Shown one piece after another: positions 61,437 through 64,000 of a DNA stretch of 64,000 nucleotides; position 1 is the first letter of the stretch, and the number at the start of each line of letters is the position of its first letter. The position numbers and the translations under genes are program-made. This DNA comes from an uncultured Hormoscilla sp. (GTDB taxonomy: Bacteria; Cyanobacteriota; Cyanobacteriia; Cyanobacteriales; Desertifilaceae). The notes below the pieces were generated by a model, which saw nothing but the letters and a program-made list of their open reading frames with translations, was not told the DNA's origin and ran no database searches. Where the stretch lies: contig OZ001293.3 in assembly GCA_963921275.4 (NCBI GenBank), positions 6,656,001-6,720,000 of the forward strand, written 5' to 3'.

Positions 61437-61974
61437 CCAAGTCATCGACATCAACAATTACAAATTTACCTCTGCTGATGCTGTATTATTTGATGCCAAT
61501 GTATGGCTATACATTTATGGTCGCCAGGAAGATGTATCTCCTCGCAACCGGGCTACATATACCTTGGCACTGAGGCGGATTCGCAGCGCGAGGGGGCAGA
61601 TATTCTTGGATGGTTTCGTGCTGTCTGAATTCATTAATGCCTACGCTAGATTTGTTTATAACAAATTGCCAGCAGAGAGCAGACCCGCAGAGTTCAAGAT
61701 ATTTCGCAATAGTGCAGGCTTCAAACCAATTGCCAGAAAGATTGCCAGACAAGTTCGGAAAATTATTCAGAAGTGCCAGCTCACAGAAACTGGGTTGGAG
61801 ACCGTAGATTGGGAACCGATTTTAACTGAGTATGCCATAGGAGGTGCTGATTTTAATGATATGATGTTGGCCGAACTTTGCAAAAAAAAAGGTCTGAAGC
61901 TGGTAACGCACGATTCTGATTTTAAGGGCGACAATTTGACAATTATTACCGCTAATCGCAAGTTACTGAACTGA
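61429..61974 (+). CDS. PIN-domain protein
   Basis: LFDANVWLY, VLSEFIN, DFNDM and LVTHDSDF motifs; 8-nt overlap. Confidence 0.88.
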   Translation: MSNQVIDINNYKFTSADAVLFDANVWLYIYGRQEDVSPRNRATYTLALRRIRSARGQIFLDGFVLSEFINAYARFVYNKLPAESRPAEFKIFRNSAGFKPIARKIARQVRKIIQKCQLTETGLETVDWEPILTEYAIGGADFNDMMLAELCKKKGLKLVTHDSDFKGDNLTIITANRKLLN

Positions 61975-62238
61975 GATTGCGGTCGGGGTTTGGGAGATCG
62001 CTCTCCAAAGGCGATCGCCACAGCCATTCCTAACACAGAATCAGCAATACAATTGGCAAACTATGCGGATCCGTCCAGAGCCCTTGGGGCGGTTCTGGTT
62101 CGTCGAGCGGCGAGGCGATCGCCCCAAACGAAAAAAATCAAGCATCGATGTGCGATGCGCAGTGCGAATAGCGCGCGCATCGCACATCGAAGTTTGTGCT
62201 AGCATCAAGGAATACGCGCTCAGCTCACCATCACAGAA

Positions 62239-62628
62239 ATGAATATCCTCACAACTCCTACTCCGACAACCAGCGGGACAGTGACGATCTCCGTGACTGA
62301 AATCATGGGCCACAATTTATGTATTGCAAGTGAAGATGGCCAAAAAGTATGCGAAGCGATCGCTGGGGCTTTGCGGTCTGGCAAGAAAGTCATTGTTTCT
62401 TTCAAAGATGGGGAGGATATTACCTCGGCTTTCTTGGCAGATGCGATCGGTCATCTGTACGGTTTATTTCCCGAAGACTTTCTGGAAGCCAACCTCCGCG
62501 CGATCGACATGGAGCCAGATGACGCGGCAGACCTTACATACACGGTTCGCTGGGTCAAAAAGTACCTCAAAGACCCAGAGAGATTCATCGCGGCAGCACG
62601 GGATGCTTTCGGGGAGGACTATGAGTAA
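62239..62628 (+). CDS. STAS-like (DUF4325) protein, copy 2
   Basis: Near-identical to copy 1 until PDDAADL, then diverged. Confidence 0.8.
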   Translation: MNILTTPTPTTSGTVTISVTEIMGHNLCIASEDGQKVCEAIAGALRSGKKVIVSFKDGEDITSAFLADAIGHLYGLFPEDFLEANLRAIDMEPDDAADLTYTVRWVKKYLKDPERFIAAARDAFGEDYE

Positions 62629-62743
62629 CCAAGTTTATCGGATCGAAGATTACAAATTTAGCAAGACTGATGCGGTGTTATTTGATGCCAATGTCTGGCT
62701 GTATATTTATGGAACAACCGGAAATATGTATCCTCGATACTGA
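62621..62743 (+). pseudogene. Truncated second PIN gene
   Basis: MSNQVYRIEDYKFSKTDAVLFDANVWLYIYG, then stop. Confidence 0.8.
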
Positions 62744-62768
62744 ATCAGCAATACAATTGGCAAACTAT

Positions 62769-63059
62769 ATGGATAGTAACAGTTGGCAGCAAATTAAATC
62801 CAAGTATGAGTTAGGTGGGTTCGTGCAGGGTAAGGTCGAGTAAATAGCGCCTTTTGGCGTTTTTGTCGATCTTGGCGAATCTTTAGTCAAGGGGCTGATT
62901 AAAATTCCTGACTTTTTAGATTCCAGAGAGATGAGTGAAGAAATGTATCCTGAAATTAGCTATAGGGGCTGTTGTGGTTGGATACAACGATATTAATTGC
63001 TGCGAGATATATCTTTCATGCAAAGCCCAGCGTTCTACACAAAGCTCTCGTTCCGATAA
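62769..63059 (+). pseudogene. Second S1-domain gene copy
   Basis: Same TAA at codon 25 (62841) plus a 5-nt deletion. Confidence 0.75.
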
Positions 63060-63084
63060 AAATTAAAACTTAAGCAGAGGAGTA

Positions 63085-63476
63085 ATGCATATGTTTGGTA
63101 ACGAACAAAAATCTGTTGTTTTAGATGCAGTGAAAGAAGCAAGTACACAGTGGAAATCCGCTTTCTATTCAGGCGATGCAGTTGGTTGTGCAGCCCAATA
63201 TGAAAAAAATGCAGTGATGCAAGCAAAGCCTTTTGGTACCTTTACTGGCAGGATTGAAATTCAAGCATTTTGGCAAAAGCCGATCGACCAGGACCAGGTT
63301 TTTCTGATGTTGAATATTTAGAACCCCGAATAGAAGTTGTCGATGAAACAAGTGCCATATTAACTTCTCGTTGGCAAATGAATAAGGCAAGTGGCGTCAT
63401 CTATAAAGAACTTTGGGTATTACAAGAAGACGGAACCGCGAAATTCCGTGAAGATGAGTTTGAAGCTATGGGCTAA
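63085..63476 (+). pseudogene. SnoaL/NTF2-like protein, frameshifted near 63290
   Basis: WKSAFYSGDAVGCAAQYE...FTGRIEIQAFWQ / GFSDVEY...KELWVLQEDG. Confidence 0.7.
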
Positions 63477-63543
63477 TAAACTACCGTTGCAGATGCTAGC
63501 ACCAATTATTGTTAATGGTACTACAGATTTGGTGCCGGACAAC

Positions 63544-64000
63544 CTAATACTTGTAGACTAAAAAGCCGGAAATGGCATCTAGCAGGGCTTCGGGTTCGTC
63601 GGCCCGCACGGAATGGCCGCTGTTTTCAAAGATTCTTAAGTCGGCATTGGGAATTTCTCGGGCAATTTCTTCTGATAATTCTGCCGGACAGATCCAGTCA
63701 TGGCGGCCAGCTATTACTAAGGTGGGGGCTGTGATTTTATGTAACTGGTCGAGGATATTGTACGATCGCAGAAACCCGCCAAAGGCAACATTGATGGCAT
63801 CGACCGAAAGCATGGTTCTTTCCCAAGCTTCAGCAGCTTTGTCGGGGTCATAAGTTAAGGAGTACATTGGTCCCATTATCTGAAAGTATTCCCGCAGTTG
63901 GGCTTCATTCTCGAAGCAAGCGTCCCACAAACGCTGGGCGATCGCCTGTTGTGCTGCTGTTCCCTTGGCAGCTAAGTTCTGCTGGGCCAGTTGCAAAAAC
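63544..64000 (-). CDS. Alpha/beta hydrolase (proline iminopeptidase-like), 5' end outside the window
   Basis: PTLVIAGRHDWIC...IFENSGH. Confidence 0.85.
   Translation of the reverse strand, partial: FLQLAQQNLAAKGTAAQQAIAQRLWDACFENEAQLREYFQIMGPMYSLTYDPDKAAEAWERTMLSVDAINVAFGGFLRSYNILDQLHKITAPTLVIAGRHDWICPAELSEEIAREIPNADLRIFENSGHSVRADEPEALLDAISGFLVYKY

Overview
A 64-kb chromosomal window from a filamentous cyanobacterium. Supporting evidence: very frequent HIP1 GCGATCGC sites, 7-bp STRR repeats, petBD-ctpA, Uma2 and pentapeptide genes. Intact housekeeping genes (hisH, rsmD, gap1, ruvB, gmd, petB, petD, ctpA, transporters) sit among roughly 25 broken or fragmentary accessory genes, many toxin-antitoxin modules, REP-like palindromes and MITEs. 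This pattern suggests ongoing genome erosion, as in a host-associated lineage (inference). Best-supported hidden element: an 835-nt ORF-less group II intron (13012-13846) inserted at a codon boundary in the pentapeptide repeats of a NACHT-derived gene. It has a matching EBS1/IBS1 pair, DV, DVI, a shrunken DIV, an apparently +1-shifted 3' end, and an unoccupied copy of its target site just downstream. A probable 5' fragment of a second such intron truncates an M23 gene at 20716. Other highlights: a frameshifted bacterial GRAS-domain gene; a translationally coupled HxlR-DUF488-DUF488-dual-OB operon (candidate defence or DNA-repair system); a candidate ART-fold toxin paired with an S1-domain gene; three tandem coiled-coil paralogs differing by exact heptads; two MITEs with clear TIRs and TSDs; and a 121-bp REP/HIP1 tandem array. 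No rRNA, tRNA or CRISPR array was seen. Family assignments come from motif recognition by eye, not database searches.
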